Source: Acidobacteriota bacterium (GTDB lineage: Bacteria; Acidobacteriota; Vicinamibacteria; Vicinamibacterales; 2-12-FULL-66-21). From it: a DNA stretch of 64,000 bases. The first letter of the stretch is position 1. Each line of letters opens with the position of its first letter. The notes beneath the pieces are model-generated. The model was given only the letters and a program-made list of their open reading frames with translations. It had not been told where the DNA came from and searched no databases. Made by a program: the position numbers and the translations under genes. Below are positions 1-10,423 of the stretch, piece by piece. The DNA is taken from assembly GCA_046733875.1 (NCBI GenBank), contig JBKPQB010000010.1, positions 690-64,689 of the forward strand, written 5' to 3'.

Positions 1-712
1 CGCCAACGATCGTGCCGTCGGCCTGCTCCGCCCAGGTGCCATAACCAATCGTGTTCGCGAGCGTCGTGATGCCGGTGTAACGCCCCACGACAATCGTTCC
101 GGCGCGGCGGATCGTCACCTGTTCACCCGCCTGCGGGTGCTCGACGGAGACGGAGGCAAAGCTGGTGAACGTTCCTGCCGTCAGAAGGGTCAGCCCTTCG
201 GTGAGGTTTGCCGTCATGCCGGCAATCTCATCGTCCGTCAACTGTTCTCCAGTCGCCTGATAGTGATCCGTCTCGTTCGCCGTGTACTTCATCACCGAAG
301 CGACGATCACGATCGCCGGGCGGGTCGTCCAGCGCTGGAGGCGGCTGTTCGACGTGCGGAACATCTCATCGAACGCCGCAAGGTCGAAGCCCCCGGGAAT
401 CAGCGAGACCTTCGCCCGATCCGCGGTCGGACCGGTAATCGTGGTGTGGCGCTCCACCACTGTAGTTCCGCTCACCTGCGTGTCGTACGAACCCGGGCCG
501 CCGACGTCGACCTGGAAGTTACCGTTCGCATCCGACGCGACGGCGAAGTGGCTGCCAACGACGACGCTCAGACTGCCGGCGGGGCTGCCGTCGATCGCGC
601 TGATCGTCTGACCCTGCAGCACCCGGGGCGTGTCCGGCGCGGCGGGATTCTTCGATCCGGCGCCGCCGCACGCCCCGGCGAGCAGGACCGTCACGATCAA
701 GGCGCGCTTCAT
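1..712 (-). CDS. Putative lipoprotein, hypothetical (3' part runs off the window)
   Basis: Manual translation from the CAT at 710-712: MKRALIVTVLLAGAC-GGAGSKNPAAPDT..., with a basic N-terminus, hydrophobic stretch and lipobox-like LAGAC. The frame stays open to position 1, so it is absent from the ORF track. Confidence 0.75.
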   Translation of the reverse strand, partial: MKRALIVTVLLAGACGGAGSKNPAAPDTPRVLQGQTISAIDGSPAGSLSVVVGSHFAVASDANGNFQVDVGGPGSYDTQVSGTTVVERHTTITGPTADRAKVSLIPGGFDLAAFDEMFRTSNSRLQRWTTRPAIVIVASVMKYTANETDHYQATGEQLTDDEIAGMTANLTEGLTLLTAGTFTSFASVSVEHPQAGEQVTIRRAGTIVVGRYTGITTLANTIGYGTWAEQADGTIVG

Positions 713-912
713 AACAGACCGCGCCGTGCAAGAGGCGTGCGCCATTGCAGGGACGCGAATTCACGCGCACCGCCGCAATGCACCGCTTACCAATCTGAAA
801 CCGTACGCACGATCGTGCTAGATATCGAACCGGGGTCCGCGGGCTTCGTCCCGAACCATCGCAGGACCATGAGCGTGCGGCAGACGCGGAACGGCCGCGC
901 GTGCGGAGGGAA

Positions 913-2196
913 TTATCGGGGCTCGATCCGATCTGCACGGAAGAACGGGCGCAGCGCCGGCGGAATGACGACGGAGCCGTCCTTCTGCTGGAAGTTCTCG
1001 AGGATTGCGATCAACGTGCGCCCGACCGCGAGGCCCGAGCCGTTGAGCGTGTGAACGAGCTCCGCCTTGCCGGTGCCCTGCGGCCGAAACTTGATGTTCG
1101 CCCGGCGCGCCTGAAACGCCTCGGTATTGCTGCAGGAAGAAATCTCGCGGTACGTCTTCTGGCTCGGAAGCCAGACCTCGATGTCGTAGGTCTTCGCAGA
1201 CGCGAAGCCCATGTCGCCCGTGCACAAGACGACCGTGCGATACGGAAGCTCGAGGCGCCGAAGCACTTCCTCCGCGTTGGCAGTGAGCGACTCCAGCTCG
1301 TCGTACGACTGCTCCGGGGTCGTCAGCTTCACCAGCTCCACTTTGTCGAACTGATGCTGGCGAATCAGGCCGCGCACGTCAGCGCCGTACGATCCGGCTT
1401 CGCTACGAAAGCAGGGGGTGTAGGCCGTATACCGGAGCGGCAGCGTCCGCCCGTCGAGGATCTCCGTGCGATGCAGGTTCGTCAGCGGCACTTCCGCCGT
1501 TGGAATCAGGTAGAGATCCCAGTCGCCGGCAATCCTGAAGAGATCCTGTTCGAACTTCGGAAGATTCCCCGTCCCGCGCAGCGCGTCGGCGTTGACCAGG
1601 AAGGGCGGCTCGACTTCGAGGTACCCATGCTCGCGCGTGTGCAGATCGAGCATGAAGTTGATCAGCGCGCGTGAGAGGCGCGCGCCCGCACCCATCAGGA
1701 CAGCGAATCTCGCGCCCGACATCCGCGTCGCCCGCTCGAAATCGAGGATGCCGAGTGCAGGTCCCAGATCCCAATGCGGCTTCGGCTCGAAGTCGAACTC
1801 GCGGGGCGTGCCGTGCCGGCGCACTTCATGGTTGTCCTTCGCCGACCCTCCGACCGGGACGCTGGCGTGCGGCAGGTTGGGCAGCGTCATCAGGAGCTGC
1901 ATCCGCTGGTGTTCGATTTGTTCGAGCTCCGCCTCGAGCTCGCGGATGCGCTGCGCGCGCGACTTGTTCGCAGCGAAAACCTCCGACGGATCACGTCCCT
2001 CGCGCTTCGCCCGCGCAATCGCTTCGCCAGAAGCGTTCTGCTCGCGCTTGAGACCCTCGACGTCCGGGATCACGCGCTTCCGTGCGGCGTCCAGCGATGC
2101 CAGCTGCTCCAGCTCCGCGTCGGGGTTCAAACCGCGGTGTCGAAGGGCGGTCCGCACCGCGTCGACGTGGTCTCTCACGTACGCCGGATCGAGCAT
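913..2196 (-). CDS. serS: Serine--tRNA ligase
   Basis: N-terminal coiled arm ([10 protein letters not shown]...) and class II motifs [45 protein letters not shown]. Confidence 0.98.
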   Translation of the reverse strand: MLDPAYVRDHVDAVRTALRHRGLNPDAELEQLASLDAARKRVIPDVEGLKREQNASGEAIARAKREGRDPSEVFAANKSRAQRIRELEAELEQIEHQRMQLLMTLPNLPHASVPVGGSAKDNHEVRRHGTPREFDFEPKPHWDLGPALGILDFERATRMSGARFAVLMGAGARLSRALINFMLDLHTREHGYLEVEPPFLVNADALRGTGNLPKFEQDLFRIAGDWDLYLIPTAEVPLTNLHRTEILDGRTLPLRYTAYTPCFRSEAGSYGADVRGLIRQHQFDKVELVKLTTPEQSYDELESLTANAEEVLRRLELPYRTVVLCTGDMGFASAKTYDIEVWLPSQKTYREISSCSNTEAFQARRANIKFRPQGTGKAELVHTLNGSGLAVGRTLIAILENFQQKDGSVVIPPALRPFFRADRIEPR

Positions 2197-2203
2197 TCGT
2201 TAA

Positions 2204-2238
2204 ATCCTATACCGGAGCCTGCTCTCCTGAGATAGGAT
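2204..2238. promoter_or_regulatory. Back-to-back -10 boxes (TAGGAT) for leaderless serS and galU
   Basis: TAGGAT on the minus strand (2209-2204) lies 7 nt before the serS ATG. TAGGAT on the plus strand (2233-2238) lies 7 nt before the galU ATG at 2246. Neither gene has an SD sequence. Confidence 0.6.
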
Positions 2239-2245
2239 GCCGGGC

Positions 2246-3139
2246 ATGACCTCTCCGGTGCGAAAAGCGGTTTTCCCCGCTGCGGGCCTCGGCACGCGCT
2301 TCCTGCCCGCGACGAAGGCGCAGCCCAAAGAGATGCTGCCGCTCGTCGACAAACCGATCATTCAGTACGGCGTCGAAGAGGCGCTCGCCTCGGGCGTCGA
2401 CAACATCATCCTGGTGACCGGCCGCGGCAAGAACGCGATCGAGGATCATTTCGACGTCTCGGTCGAGCTCGAAACGTTCCTCGAAGCGCGCGGGAAGACG
2501 GAGCTGCTCGCGGAGATCAGGAAAATTTCGAACCTGATCAACTTCTCGTACGTGCGGCAGGGAGAGCCGCTCGGTCTCGGACACGCCGTCCTCGTCACGC
2601 GCACGCTCGTCGGGCAGGAACCCTTCGCGGTGATCCTGGGCGACGACGTGATCGACGCGGAGCCGCCGGCGCTGAAGCAGATGATTGACGTCTTCGACGA
2701 GCTCGGCGGCCCAGTCCTCGCGATCGAAGAAGTGCCGAAAGAGGACGTGAGCGCCTATGGGATCATCGACGCCCAAGAAGTGCGGCCCGGCGTCTACCGG
2801 ATCCGCGATCTCGTGGAGAAGCCGCCGCGCGACGAGGCGCCGTCGAACCTTGCGATCATCGGGCGCTATGTGCTCACGCCCGATATTTTTCCGGCGCTCG
2901 AGGAGACCGCCAAGGATCGCACCGGTGAGATTCAGCTCACGAACGGCCTGCGCCGGCTGCTGAAGAAGCGGCCGATCTTCGGCTGCCGGATCGATGGCGT
3001 CCGCCACGACACGGGCAACAAGCTCGGATTCCTGAGAGCCGTCGTGTACTTCGCACTGCGAAGGCCCGATCTCGCGGAGCCGTTTCGAGATTACCTTCGC
3101 GGCATCGATCTCGGCCAGACGACGACAGCCGGACGCTGA
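2246..3139 (+). CDS. galU: UTP--glucose-1-phosphate uridylyltransferase
   Basis: Motifs VRKAVFPAAGLGTRFLPATKAQPKEMLP, GLGHAVL, LVEKP, GEIQLT. Start set at the second ATG (MTSPVRK). Confidence 0.97.
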   Translation: MTSPVRKAVFPAAGLGTRFLPATKAQPKEMLPLVDKPIIQYGVEEALASGVDNIILVTGRGKNAIEDHFDVSVELETFLEARGKTELLAEIRKISNLINFSYVRQGEPLGLGHAVLVTRTLVGQEPFAVILGDDVIDAEPPALKQMIDVFDELGGPVLAIEEVPKEDVSAYGIIDAQEVRPGVYRIRDLVEKPPRDEAPSNLAIIGRYVLTPDIFPALEETAKDRTGEIQLTNGLRRLLKKRPIFGCRIDGVRHDTGNKLGFLRAVVYFALRRPDLAEPFRDYLRGIDLGQTTTAGR

Positions 3140-3142
3140 AAC

Positions 3143-3493
3143 CTAGGCTTTCTTCTCTGCTGATGCAGACGCTTCGGCGGGTTTCGCTGGCGACGCGGAC
3201 GACTCACCCGTCGCGGACGACGACTCACCCGTCGCGGACGACGCCCCGCTCGACTTGGACGCGTCCTTCGAATCCGTCGCCGCGTTCCCGTCCTTCGACT
3301 CGCTCGATGACTTCTTCGCGTAATCCGTCACGTACCAACCGGATCCCTTGAACTGGATCGCCGGCGACGAGAGCAGCTTCTGCACCGGACCCTTGCCGCA
3401 CTGCGGGCAGACGTCGACCGGCGGATCGGAGAATTTCTGAATGCGTTCGAATCGATGATGACAGGCGTCGCACTGATATTCGTATAAGGGCAT
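3143..3493 (-). CDS. FmdB-family zinc-ribbon protein with Ser/Ala-rich tail
   Basis: MPLYEYQCDAC...CPQCG...IQFKGSGWYVTDY signature. The tail contains a 21-bp tandem duplication (SSATGES x2, about 3195-3240). Confidence 0.92.
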   Translation of the reverse strand: MPLYEYQCDACHHRFERIQKFSDPPVDVCPQCGKGPVQKLLSSPAIQFKGSGWYVTDYAKKSSSESKDGNAATDSKDASKSSGASSATGESSSATGESSASPAKPAEASASAEKKA

Positions 3494-3497
3494 CTGG

Positions 3498-5156
3498 TTA
3501 CTCGACCATCGGGCCGCTGTTCTCGCCCAGCAGCAGGTTGCGGTGGAGCCACAAGGGGACCGTCCCGTTGCCGAGCAGCGCGTCGTGGAATTCGCGGAGC
3601 GAGAACCGTCCGTCCGCGTGCGCCTTGTAGTCTTCGCGAAGCTTCAGCACCATCAGCTTGCCGAGCGAATAGAGCACGTACGACGGGTCGAACGTCCCGC
3701 GCTCGGCCTCGCGGCGCGCCGCCGCTTCTTCGAGATACGCTTCATCGCGGAAGATTCTGACGCCCTGCTCGACCGACAGGTCCTCGCAGTGCAGCCGGAG
3801 CCCGACAATCAGACGGCAGATCCGGATCAGCGCTTCGGCGAGCTGTCCCAGCTTGATCGCCGGATCCTGCTTGCGGAACCCCGCCTCTACCATCATGTGC
3901 TCGGCGTAATGCGCCCAGCCTTCCACCATCGCTGCAGACGAGAACAGGATCGACTTGCGCAGCGAGGACGTGAGCCGCCGCAGGTGCTGGTAGTGCAGGA
4001 AGTGTCCGGGAAACACTTCGTGGACCGAGATCGCCCACAGCGCGCCGTAGCTGAAATCGCGAAGGTGTTCCTCCTGACGCTCTGCCGGCCACGAGGGATC
4101 GACGTCGGTGATGTAGTAGTAGGCGCGCAGCGGCCGCGCCTCGAACGGGCCCGGCGTCCACATGCTGGCGAAAGTCCAGCGATAGAAGCGGGGCGTCGGC
4201 GCCACCTGCACCTGCGCGGACTCGGGCACCGTCACGAGATCCTGGCGGCGGATGAACGTCTCGAGTTCTTGGAGCTGCGCCTGGGCCGTGGAGACGACCT
4301 GACCGGGCGCCGGATGGTTCGCCTTCGCGCGCGCCCAGGCGGCAAAGGGATCCTTGCCGTCCAGGCGGGATGCCGCCCGGCGGAACTCGTCCTGAATCGC
4401 GTGCAGCTCCCGGGTGGCGATCGAGAGCAACCGATCGCAATCGAGCGTGAGGCCCTCTTCCAGTTCCAGCTTCTTCGCCAGGCGCTCGCGTCCGAGCCTG
4501 AACGATCCACGGGCGCGCGGCGCCAATTCCTCTTCGAGATACGTCAGATACGCGCCAATCGCCTGCGACGCCTCGGTTGACACGTCGGCCAGATCGCCAA
4601 GCACGTGGAGGTCGTCGAGATCGGCAAACGCCCGCGGCAGATCCTCTTCGATGAATCGCTGCGCACCCCGGAGGCTTTCCAGACCGAACTTCACGAAAAT
4701 CCCGGGGGGATCCTTGATGTTGTCGCGCGCGGCCTGCATCAGCCGTCCGACCTGGCGCAGCTTCGACAGGACGCGGCGCGCGCGCTCGGCGAGCGGCGCG
4801 TAATCGAAGAGCGCCTGCCCGGCGAGGCTCGTGGACAGCAGGTCGCCGTAATGCTGCGGGTTCCGGTCCCAGTTCCGGATCTCTTCGAGCTCGAGCAGAC
4901 GGCCGCGGATATTGGCGTCGAGCGCGGGACGCTCGAGACGCTCGGTTTCCGTCAAGCGTGTGGGATCGATCGCTGCAAGCCGCCGGGCGAAGCCACCAAG
5001 CGCGCGAATTTGCGCGTCAATCGCGGCGCGGCTCAGATCCTCGACGAGATCGTCGTGGAGGTGAACGCCGTCGAAGGTCGCGTTGGTCGGGTGCGTTTCA
5101 TGCAGCCACGCCAGGTACTCGTCCACGAAGTGCGGCAAGGGTTCGGCGGAATACAT
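3498..5156 (-). CDS. DUF885-family protein (putative metallopeptidase-like)
   Basis: HEVFPGHFLH, EGWAHYAE, YSLGKL and FHDALL motifs. Start placed at MYSAEP (CAT 5154-5156) to avoid overlap with rsmI. Confidence 0.88.
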   Translation of the reverse strand: MYSAEPLPHFVDEYLAWLHETHPTNATFDGVHLHDDLVEDLSRAAIDAQIRALGGFARRLAAIDPTRLTETERLERPALDANIRGRLLELEEIRNWDRNPQHYGDLLSTSLAGQALFDYAPLAERARRVLSKLRQVGRLMQAARDNIKDPPGIFVKFGLESLRGAQRFIEEDLPRAFADLDDLHVLGDLADVSTEASQAIGAYLTYLEEELAPRARGSFRLGRERLAKKLELEEGLTLDCDRLLSIATRELHAIQDEFRRAASRLDGKDPFAAWARAKANHPAPGQVVSTAQAQLQELETFIRRQDLVTVPESAQVQVAPTPRFYRWTFASMWTPGPFEARPLRAYYYITDVDPSWPAERQEEHLRDFSYGALWAISVHEVFPGHFLHYQHLRRLTSSLRKSILFSSAAMVEGWAHYAEHMMVEAGFRKQDPAIKLGQLAEALIRICRLIVGLRLHCEDLSVEQGVRIFRDEAYLEEAAARREAERGTFDPSYVLYSLGKLMVLKLREDYKAHADGRFSLREFHDALLGNGTVPLWLHRNLLLGENSGPMVE

Positions 5157-5180
5157 TCTGGTAGAATCTGCGCCCCGCGC

Positions 5181-6017
5181 ATGCCCGGCACCCTGTATGT
5201 GGTCGCCACTCCCATCGGCAACCTCGAAGATGTCACGCTGCGGGCGCTCAGAATCCTTCGCGACGTCTCCCTGATCGCGGCCGAGGACACCCGCCGGACC
5301 AGCCGGCTTCTTCAACACTACTCCATCTCGACGCCGACGACGAGCCTTCACGAGCACAATGAGCGACAGAAATCGCGTGCGCTCATCGCGCGGCTCCTCG
5401 CCGGCGAGTCCGTCGCGCTGGTATCGGATGCCGGAACCCCGCTGATCTCGGACCCGGGGCAGGACCTCGTGGCGACCGCCCGGGAAGCGGGAGTGCGCGT
5501 TGAGCCCATTCCGGGGCCGAGCGCGGTCATCGCCGCTATTGCCGCCGCCGGAATACCCGCGGGCGAGTTCACGTTCGTCGGGTTTCCGCCTGCTAGGTCA
5601 AAAGCCAGAATCGAGTGGCTTCGCCGCATCGCGGATGAGCCACGACTCATAATTTTCTACGAAGCGCCTCATCGTTTCCAGGCCACAATGCGTGAGCTGC
5701 AGGCCATAGTCGGTGAGCGACTGGTAGGCGTGGCCCGCGAACTGACCAAGACACACGAAGAATTGGTCATTAGACCAATTAAGGAAGTTTTGACCTACTT
5801 TAGCGATCCAAAGGGTGAATTTACTGTCCTCCTCGCGCCGGCGCGGACTCCGGGAATTCGAAAGCAGCCCGTGACTGAGGCGGAGCTCACGGCCGAAGTT
5901 GGTCATTTGATCGAAACTACGGCGCTCCCGCGCCGGGAAGCGATGCGGCGTGTGGGGGAACGTCATGGATTATCGCCGAACGAGGTGTACAGATTGCTTG
6001 AACAACGCGATAAATAG
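5181..6017 (+). CDS. rsmI: 16S rRNA (cytidine1402-2'-O)-methyltransferase
   Basis: MPGTLYVVATPIGNLEDVTLRA, AAEDTRRT, VSDAGTPLISDPG, ARELTKTHEE, KGEF. Confidence 0.96.
   Translation: MPGTLYVVATPIGNLEDVTLRALRILRDVSLIAAEDTRRTSRLLQHYSISTPTTSLHEHNERQKSRALIARLLAGESVALVSDAGTPLISDPGQDLVATAREAGVRVEPIPGPSAVIAAIAAAGIPAGEFTFVGFPPARSKARIEWLRRIADEPRLIIFYEAPHRFQATMRELQAIVGERLVGVARELTKTHEELVIRPIKEVLTYFSDPKGEFTVLLAPARTPGIRKQPVTEAELTAEVGHLIETTALPRREAMRRVGERHGLSPNEVYRLLEQRDK
5761..5780. promoter_or_regulatory. Palindromic site AATTGGTC-ATTA-GACCAATT (candidate protein-binding site)
   Basis: Perfect 8-bp arms. Related copies at 5899-5914, 6015-6030 and 34051-34066. Confidence 0.5.
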
Positions 6018-6090
6018 GTCGCAAGACCAACTAGGCCGACGTCTGGCCTGGCGAGCTCAGCCGTGACTGGGCCGAAATTCTTCTCCGATC

Positions 6091-6120
6091 TTGACCCCGC
6101 GTCGGCGGATTTGCTACTGT
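6091..6120 (+). promoter_or_regulatory. Sigma70-type promoter for TPR-glmU-glmS
   Basis: TTGACC (6091-6096), 18-bp spacer, TG-c-TACTGT (6115-6120), followed by a GC hairpin at 6122-6143. Confidence 0.55.
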
Positions 6121-6194
6121 CCCCCGGTTCGGAACCGGCGGGGTCTGCCATGGGCTCCGCACGACGGGAATCGTAGAGTTCAGGCAGAGACACG

Positions 6195-6953
6195 ATGGCG
6201 AAGGCGCGCACGGCTACCACAGCCCGCAGAACCAGTCGCAAGCCTCCACGGCAGCGTCAGACCGCGAGACGCCGGCCGGCGGCGAAGCGCACACGCCCGG
6301 TGCGTGCGCGCAAGGTCCCGTCGCGGAGCCCAGCGTCACCGGCGCCCGTCGCGGAGGAGCGCCAGGCAGCTCCTCCGCCGGATACGGCGCCTGCCCGAAA
6401 ACCGACCTACCACGAGGCCGTTGCGCTGTACGAGCGGGGTCTTCAGGCGCTGCAGCGGCGCGACTTCGCCGCCGCGGCCGACGCGCTTCGTTCGGTCATT
6501 CAGCAATATCCGGACGAACGCGAGCTGCTCGAACGGGCCCGTCTGTATCTGAAAGTGTGCGAGCGCGAGCTGGAACCTCGCGAGCCGGCGCCCAAAACGG
6601 CGGACGAGTGGGTCTACGCCGCTACGGTCGCGTTCAACTCCGGCAACGAAGCGCTGGCGCTGCAGCACCTGCAGCGGGCGCTCGGCGAAAACCCGCGTCA
6701 TGACCACGCGCATTACATGATGGCGGTCGCGAGCCTGCGCCGGGCTAGGGCTGGCGACGCGCTGGAGCATCTGCGACAGGCCGTCCGATTGAATCCGGAG
6801 AATCGCTCGCTGGCGCGTCAGGATCCGGACCTCGAGGCGCTGCGCGACGAACCAGGGTTCCGGCAGGTGATCGACGCTCCTGCGGCGGCGGAATCGCCCG
6901 CGCGAGCAGCCGTCTCCCCGTCGCCCGCCCGCTCGCGCAAGACCCGGCGTTGA
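6195..6953 (+). CDS. TPR-repeat protein with basic low-complexity N-terminus
   Basis: Arg/Lys/Ala/Pro-rich first ~70 aa, then TPR-like helices (YERGLQALQRRDFAAAA, HAHYMMAVA) and terminal ARQDPDLEALR. Confidence 0.8.
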   Translation: MAKARTATTARRTSRKPPRQRQTARRRPAAKRTRPVRARKVPSRSPASPAPVAEERQAAPPPDTAPARKPTYHEAVALYERGLQALQRRDFAAAADALRSVIQQYPDERELLERARLYLKVCERELEPREPAPKTADEWVYAATVAFNSGNEALALQHLQRALGENPRHDHAHYMMAVASLRRARAGDALEHLRQAVRLNPENRSLARQDPDLEALRDEPGFRQVIDAPAAAESPARAAVSPSPARSRKTRR

Positions 6954-6990
6954 GCTGACGTCCCGCGGCGCGCCCCTTTTCTCCTCCCCC

Positions 6991-8442
6991 ATGCCGGCCC
7001 TTCATGTCGTCGTGCTCGCGGCGGGAAAGGGCACCCGCATGAAGTCCGCGCAGCCGAAAGTTCTCCATCCGGCGGCCGGCCTGCCGCTGATCGAGCACGT
7101 CCTGCGGGTGGCTGCGGCGCTTCAGCCCGAGACGATCACCGTCATCGTGGGTCACGGGGCTGCGGCGGTGCAGCGCGCGATTGGGGAACGGTCCGCCGTC
7201 GCTCAAGGCCTCGCCGTTGCACCTGACGCAGAGGGGAAAGCGCTTTCGGCGCGGAGGCAGCCGGACGTTGGCTTTGCATTGCAGGAGCCGCAGCTCGGCA
7301 CCGGGCATGCTCTGCTGCAGGCCCACCCGTACCTGCCTGACGGACCCGGGACGGTGCTGCTGCTCTCGGGGGACGTGCCGCTGCTGCGGCTCGAGACGGT
7401 GCGGCGGCTGCTCGATCGGCACGTCCATACAGGCGCGGCCGCAACGGTGCTGACGGCGCACGTTCCCGATCCCGACGGTTACGGCCGCATCGTTCGTCAC
7501 AAGGGTGCGATTGCCGCGATCGTTGAGCACCGGGATGCGACGGCGGAGGAACGGGCGATCAACGAAATCAACAGCGGTGTGTACGCGTTCGATCTCCCGC
7601 CGCTCTTCGGGGCACTCACCACCCTCGGATCAGGCAATGCACAGGGGGAGTACTACCTGCCGGATCTCGTGCGCATCTACCGTGCGCGCGGCCTGGGCGT
7701 GGAAACCGTGACCGTCCAGGATGAACGTGAAATCATGGGCGTGAACAGTCGAAGGGAGCTCGCGGACGTGAACGCCATTTTGAAAGCCGCACGCGCAGAC
7801 GAGTTGATGGCCGCCGGCGTGACCATCGTCGATCCGGCATCAACCTTCATCGGGCCCGACGTCACCGTCGGACCGGATACTGTGCTGTACCCCAACGTCT
7901 ACCTGGAAGGTCGGACGACAATCGGCTCCGGCTGCGAGATTCAGGCGTGCGTGCGCCTGGTCGACACGGCCGTCGAAGACCGCGCCGTGATTCAGAACTT
8001 CTGCGTCATCTTCCAGTCCCGCATTCGCGCCGGCGCCCAGATAGGCCCCTTCGCCCACCTGCGGCCCGACTCGGAGGTGGGGGAGGACGCGAAGGTCGGC
8101 AACTTCGTCGAGTTGAAGAAGACAAGGCTTGGCCGCGGCTCCAAGGCCAGTCATCTTTCGTATCTGGGCGACTCGACTATCGGCGAGAAGGTCAACATCG
8201 GCGCGGGCACGATCACGTGCAACTACGATGGCCGCGTGAAGAGTGCGACCGTGATTGAAGACAATGCGTTCATCGGCAGCGACACGCAGCTCATCGCGCC
8301 CGTGCGCGTCGGACGGGGCGCCTACGTCGCCGCCGGCTCGTCGATCACGGACGATGTGCCCGCGGGCGCGCTCGGCATTGCGCGCGGCAAACAGGTCAAC
8401 AAAGAAGGATGGGTCGAGCGGAAGAAGAAGGATCAGCGCTGA
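6991..8442 (+). CDS. glmU: Bifunctional UDP-GlcNAc pyrophosphorylase / glucosamine-1-P acetyltransferase
   Basis: [24 protein letters not shown], hexapeptide repeats, [27 protein letters not shown]. Confidence 0.98.
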   Translation: MPALHVVVLAAGKGTRMKSAQPKVLHPAAGLPLIEHVLRVAAALQPETITVIVGHGAAAVQRAIGERSAVAQGLAVAPDAEGKALSARRQPDVGFALQEPQLGTGHALLQAHPYLPDGPGTVLLLSGDVPLLRLETVRRLLDRHVHTGAAATVLTAHVPDPDGYGRIVRHKGAIAAIVEHRDATAEERAINEINSGVYAFDLPPLFGALTTLGSGNAQGEYYLPDLVRIYRARGLGVETVTVQDEREIMGVNSRRELADVNAILKAARADELMAAGVTIVDPASTFIGPDVTVGPDTVLYPNVYLEGRTTIGSGCEIQACVRLVDTAVEDRAVIQNFCVIFQSRIRAGAQIGPFAHLRPDSEVGEDAKVGNFVELKKTRLGRGSKASHLSYLGDSTIGEKVNIGAGTITCNYDGRVKSATVIEDNAFIGSDTQLIAPVRVGRGAYVAAGSSITDDVPAGALGIARGKQVNKEGWVERKKKDQR

Positions 8443-8443
8443 T

Positions 8444-10288
8444 ATGTGCGGGATCATCGGGTATATCGGCGAAAAGCAAGTCCTCCCGATCCTGATCGAC
8501 GGGCTCCGCCGTCTCGAGTATCGCGGCTACGACTCGGCCGGGGTTGCCCTGGTGCGCGAGGGCGCCATCGAAGTGCGGCGCAGCGCCGGCAAGCTGGCGA
8601 GGCTCGAGGAGGCGATCGCGGTCAACCCGCTCCAGGGGGAGTACGGGATCGGCCACACGCGCTGGGCCACGCACGGACGCCCCACGGAAGAAAACGCGCA
8701 TCCGCACCGCGACTGCACCGGACGCATCGTCGTCGTCCACAACGGGATCATCGAGAACTACCTCGATCTGAAGCGGCAGCTTCAGGCAGAGGGCCACGTG
8801 TTCATGACGGAGACGGACACGGAGATCGTCGCACATCTCGTCGAACGCGAGATGAAAGACGACGGGCTCGAGAATGCGGTCCGGCGAGCGCTGCTGTACA
8901 TGCGCGGACTCTTCGCGCTCGTCCTCATCTCGGCTGACGACCCGCGGAAGATCGTGACCGTCCGGAACGGCCCGCCCATTGTCATCGGCCTTGGCGATCG
9001 GGAGTTCTTCGTCGCGTCCGACATCCCCGCGATCCTCGCGCACACGCGGGACGTGGTGTTCCTGGGTGACGAGGAGATGGCGGTGATTACGCCGTCTGGT
9101 GTGGAGTTCACCGACTACTCCGGACGAGGCGTCTCGAAGAAGAGCACACGCGTGTCGTGGGATCCGGTCATGGCGGAGAAGGCCGGATACAAGCACTTCA
9201 TGCTCAAGGAGGTGTTCGAGCAGCCGTGGGCGGTGAAAGAGACGGTGCTCGGACGAGCATCGGTTGAAAGCGGCCGCGTGTTCCTGCAGGAGATCGAGAT
9301 CCCCGATCAGGTGCTTCGCGAGACCGAGCGCGTGATTATCCTCGCGTGCGGCACGTCGTGGCACGCGGGCCTGGTCGGGAAATTCCTGTTCGAGTCGCTG
9401 GCGCGCGTGCCCGTCGACGTGGACTACGGCTCGGAGTATCGCTATCGCGATCCGATCGTGCCGCAGCACACGCTGGCTGTGGTGATTACGCAGTCGGGGG
9501 AGACGGCCGACACGCTCGCCGCGCTTCGGGAAGCCAAGAAGAAGGGCGCGCGCAGCGTCGCGATCTGCAATGTGGTCGGCAGCATGGCCACGCGCGAGAG
9601 CGACGGCACCGTCTACACGCATGCCGGCCCGGAAATCGGCGTCGCCTCGACCAAGGCGTTCACGTCACAGCTCGTTGCGCTCCACCTGCTCGCGATCTAC
9701 CTGGGACAAATTCGCGGCGTCCTGGGGCCCAACGAGGCGCGTCCACATCTCGATGCACTCACGCAGCTTCCGCTGCTCCTCGAACAGACGCTGAAGTGCG
9801 AGCCGCTCACGGAGGAGATCGCGCGGCGCTTCTATCAGCGCAGCGATTTCCTGTATCTCGGCCGTGGGATCAATTATCCAATCGCGCTCGAGGGTGCGCT
9901 GAAGCTGAAAGAGATCTCGTACATTCACGCGGAAGGCTACCCCGCCGGCGAGATGAAGCACGGGCCCATCGCGCTCATCGACGAGCAGATGCCCGTCGTC
10001 ACGATCGCGCCGCAGGATCACGTCTTCGAGAAGATGGCCGGCAACATCCAGGAAGCAAAGGCGCGCGGCGGGTCCGTGGTTGCGCTCACGACCGAAGGCA
10101 ACGACGGTATCGGACAGCTCCTCGATTTGTCCCAGGATTTCCTGATCACCGTGCCCGCGGCACAGCCGCTTCTCATGCCCGTCCTGATGGTCGTGCCGCT
10201 GCAACTGCTCGCCTACCACATCGCGGTCCGTCGCGGCTGCGACGTCGACCAGCCACGCAATCTGGCAAAGAGCGTCACCGTCGAGTAG
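8444..10288 (+). CDS. glmS: Glutamine--fructose-6-phosphate transaminase
   Basis: MCGIIG start (ATG 8444), [28 protein letters not shown]-like motif, [14 protein letters not shown]-terminus. Confidence 0.98.
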   Translation: MCGIIGYIGEKQVLPILIDGLRRLEYRGYDSAGVALVREGAIEVRRSAGKLARLEEAIAVNPLQGEYGIGHTRWATHGRPTEENAHPHRDCTGRIVVVHNGIIENYLDLKRQLQAEGHVFMTETDTEIVAHLVEREMKDDGLENAVRRALLYMRGLFALVLISADDPRKIVTVRNGPPIVIGLGDREFFVASDIPAILAHTRDVVFLGDEEMAVITPSGVEFTDYSGRGVSKKSTRVSWDPVMAEKAGYKHFMLKEVFEQPWAVKETVLGRASVESGRVFLQEIEIPDQVLRETERVIILACGTSWHAGLVGKFLFESLARVPVDVDYGSEYRYRDPIVPQHTLAVVITQSGETADTLAALREAKKKGARSVAICNVVGSMATRESDGTVYTHAGPEIGVASTKAFTSQLVALHLLAIYLGQIRGVLGPNEARPHLDALTQLPLLLEQTLKCEPLTEEIARRFYQRSDFLYLGRGINYPIALEGALKLKEISYIHAEGYPAGEMKHGPIALIDEQMPVVTIAPQDHVFEKMAGNIQEAKARGGSVVALTTEGNDGIGQLLDLSQDFLITVPAAQPLLMPVLMVVPLQLLAYHIAVRRGCDVDQPRNLAKSVTVE

Positions 10289-10306
10289 CGCGCGGCGCCC
10301 GTGCGG

Positions 10307-10343
10307 GTGCTCTGACCCCACCTGCCGCGCAGCCGGGGTCAGC
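10307..10343. repeat. Inverted pair GTGCTCTGACCCC ... GGGGTCAGC between convergent glmS and leuB
   Basis: The 13-mer at 10307-10319 is the exact reverse complement of GGGGTCAGAGCAC at 57253 and 57288. It can pair with 10335-10343. Confidence 0.65.
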
Positions 10344-10423
10344 GGTGATCCCTGATTCGCTTCAGGACCGATGTCCCGCGAGGCACGTCTTCAAACGTGG
10401 CGTAGCGTACGTGGCCGCAACCT

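Noticed and set aside
713-912. tRNA (Ser/Sec) or sigma54 promoter next to serS
   Set aside because: No cloverleaf or T-loop GTTCRA pattern found. The GCGCACG-N4-TTGCA on the minus strand lacks the invariant GG.
8400-8446. glmS ribozyme
   Set aside because: glmS starts 1 nt after the glmU stop, leaving no leader.
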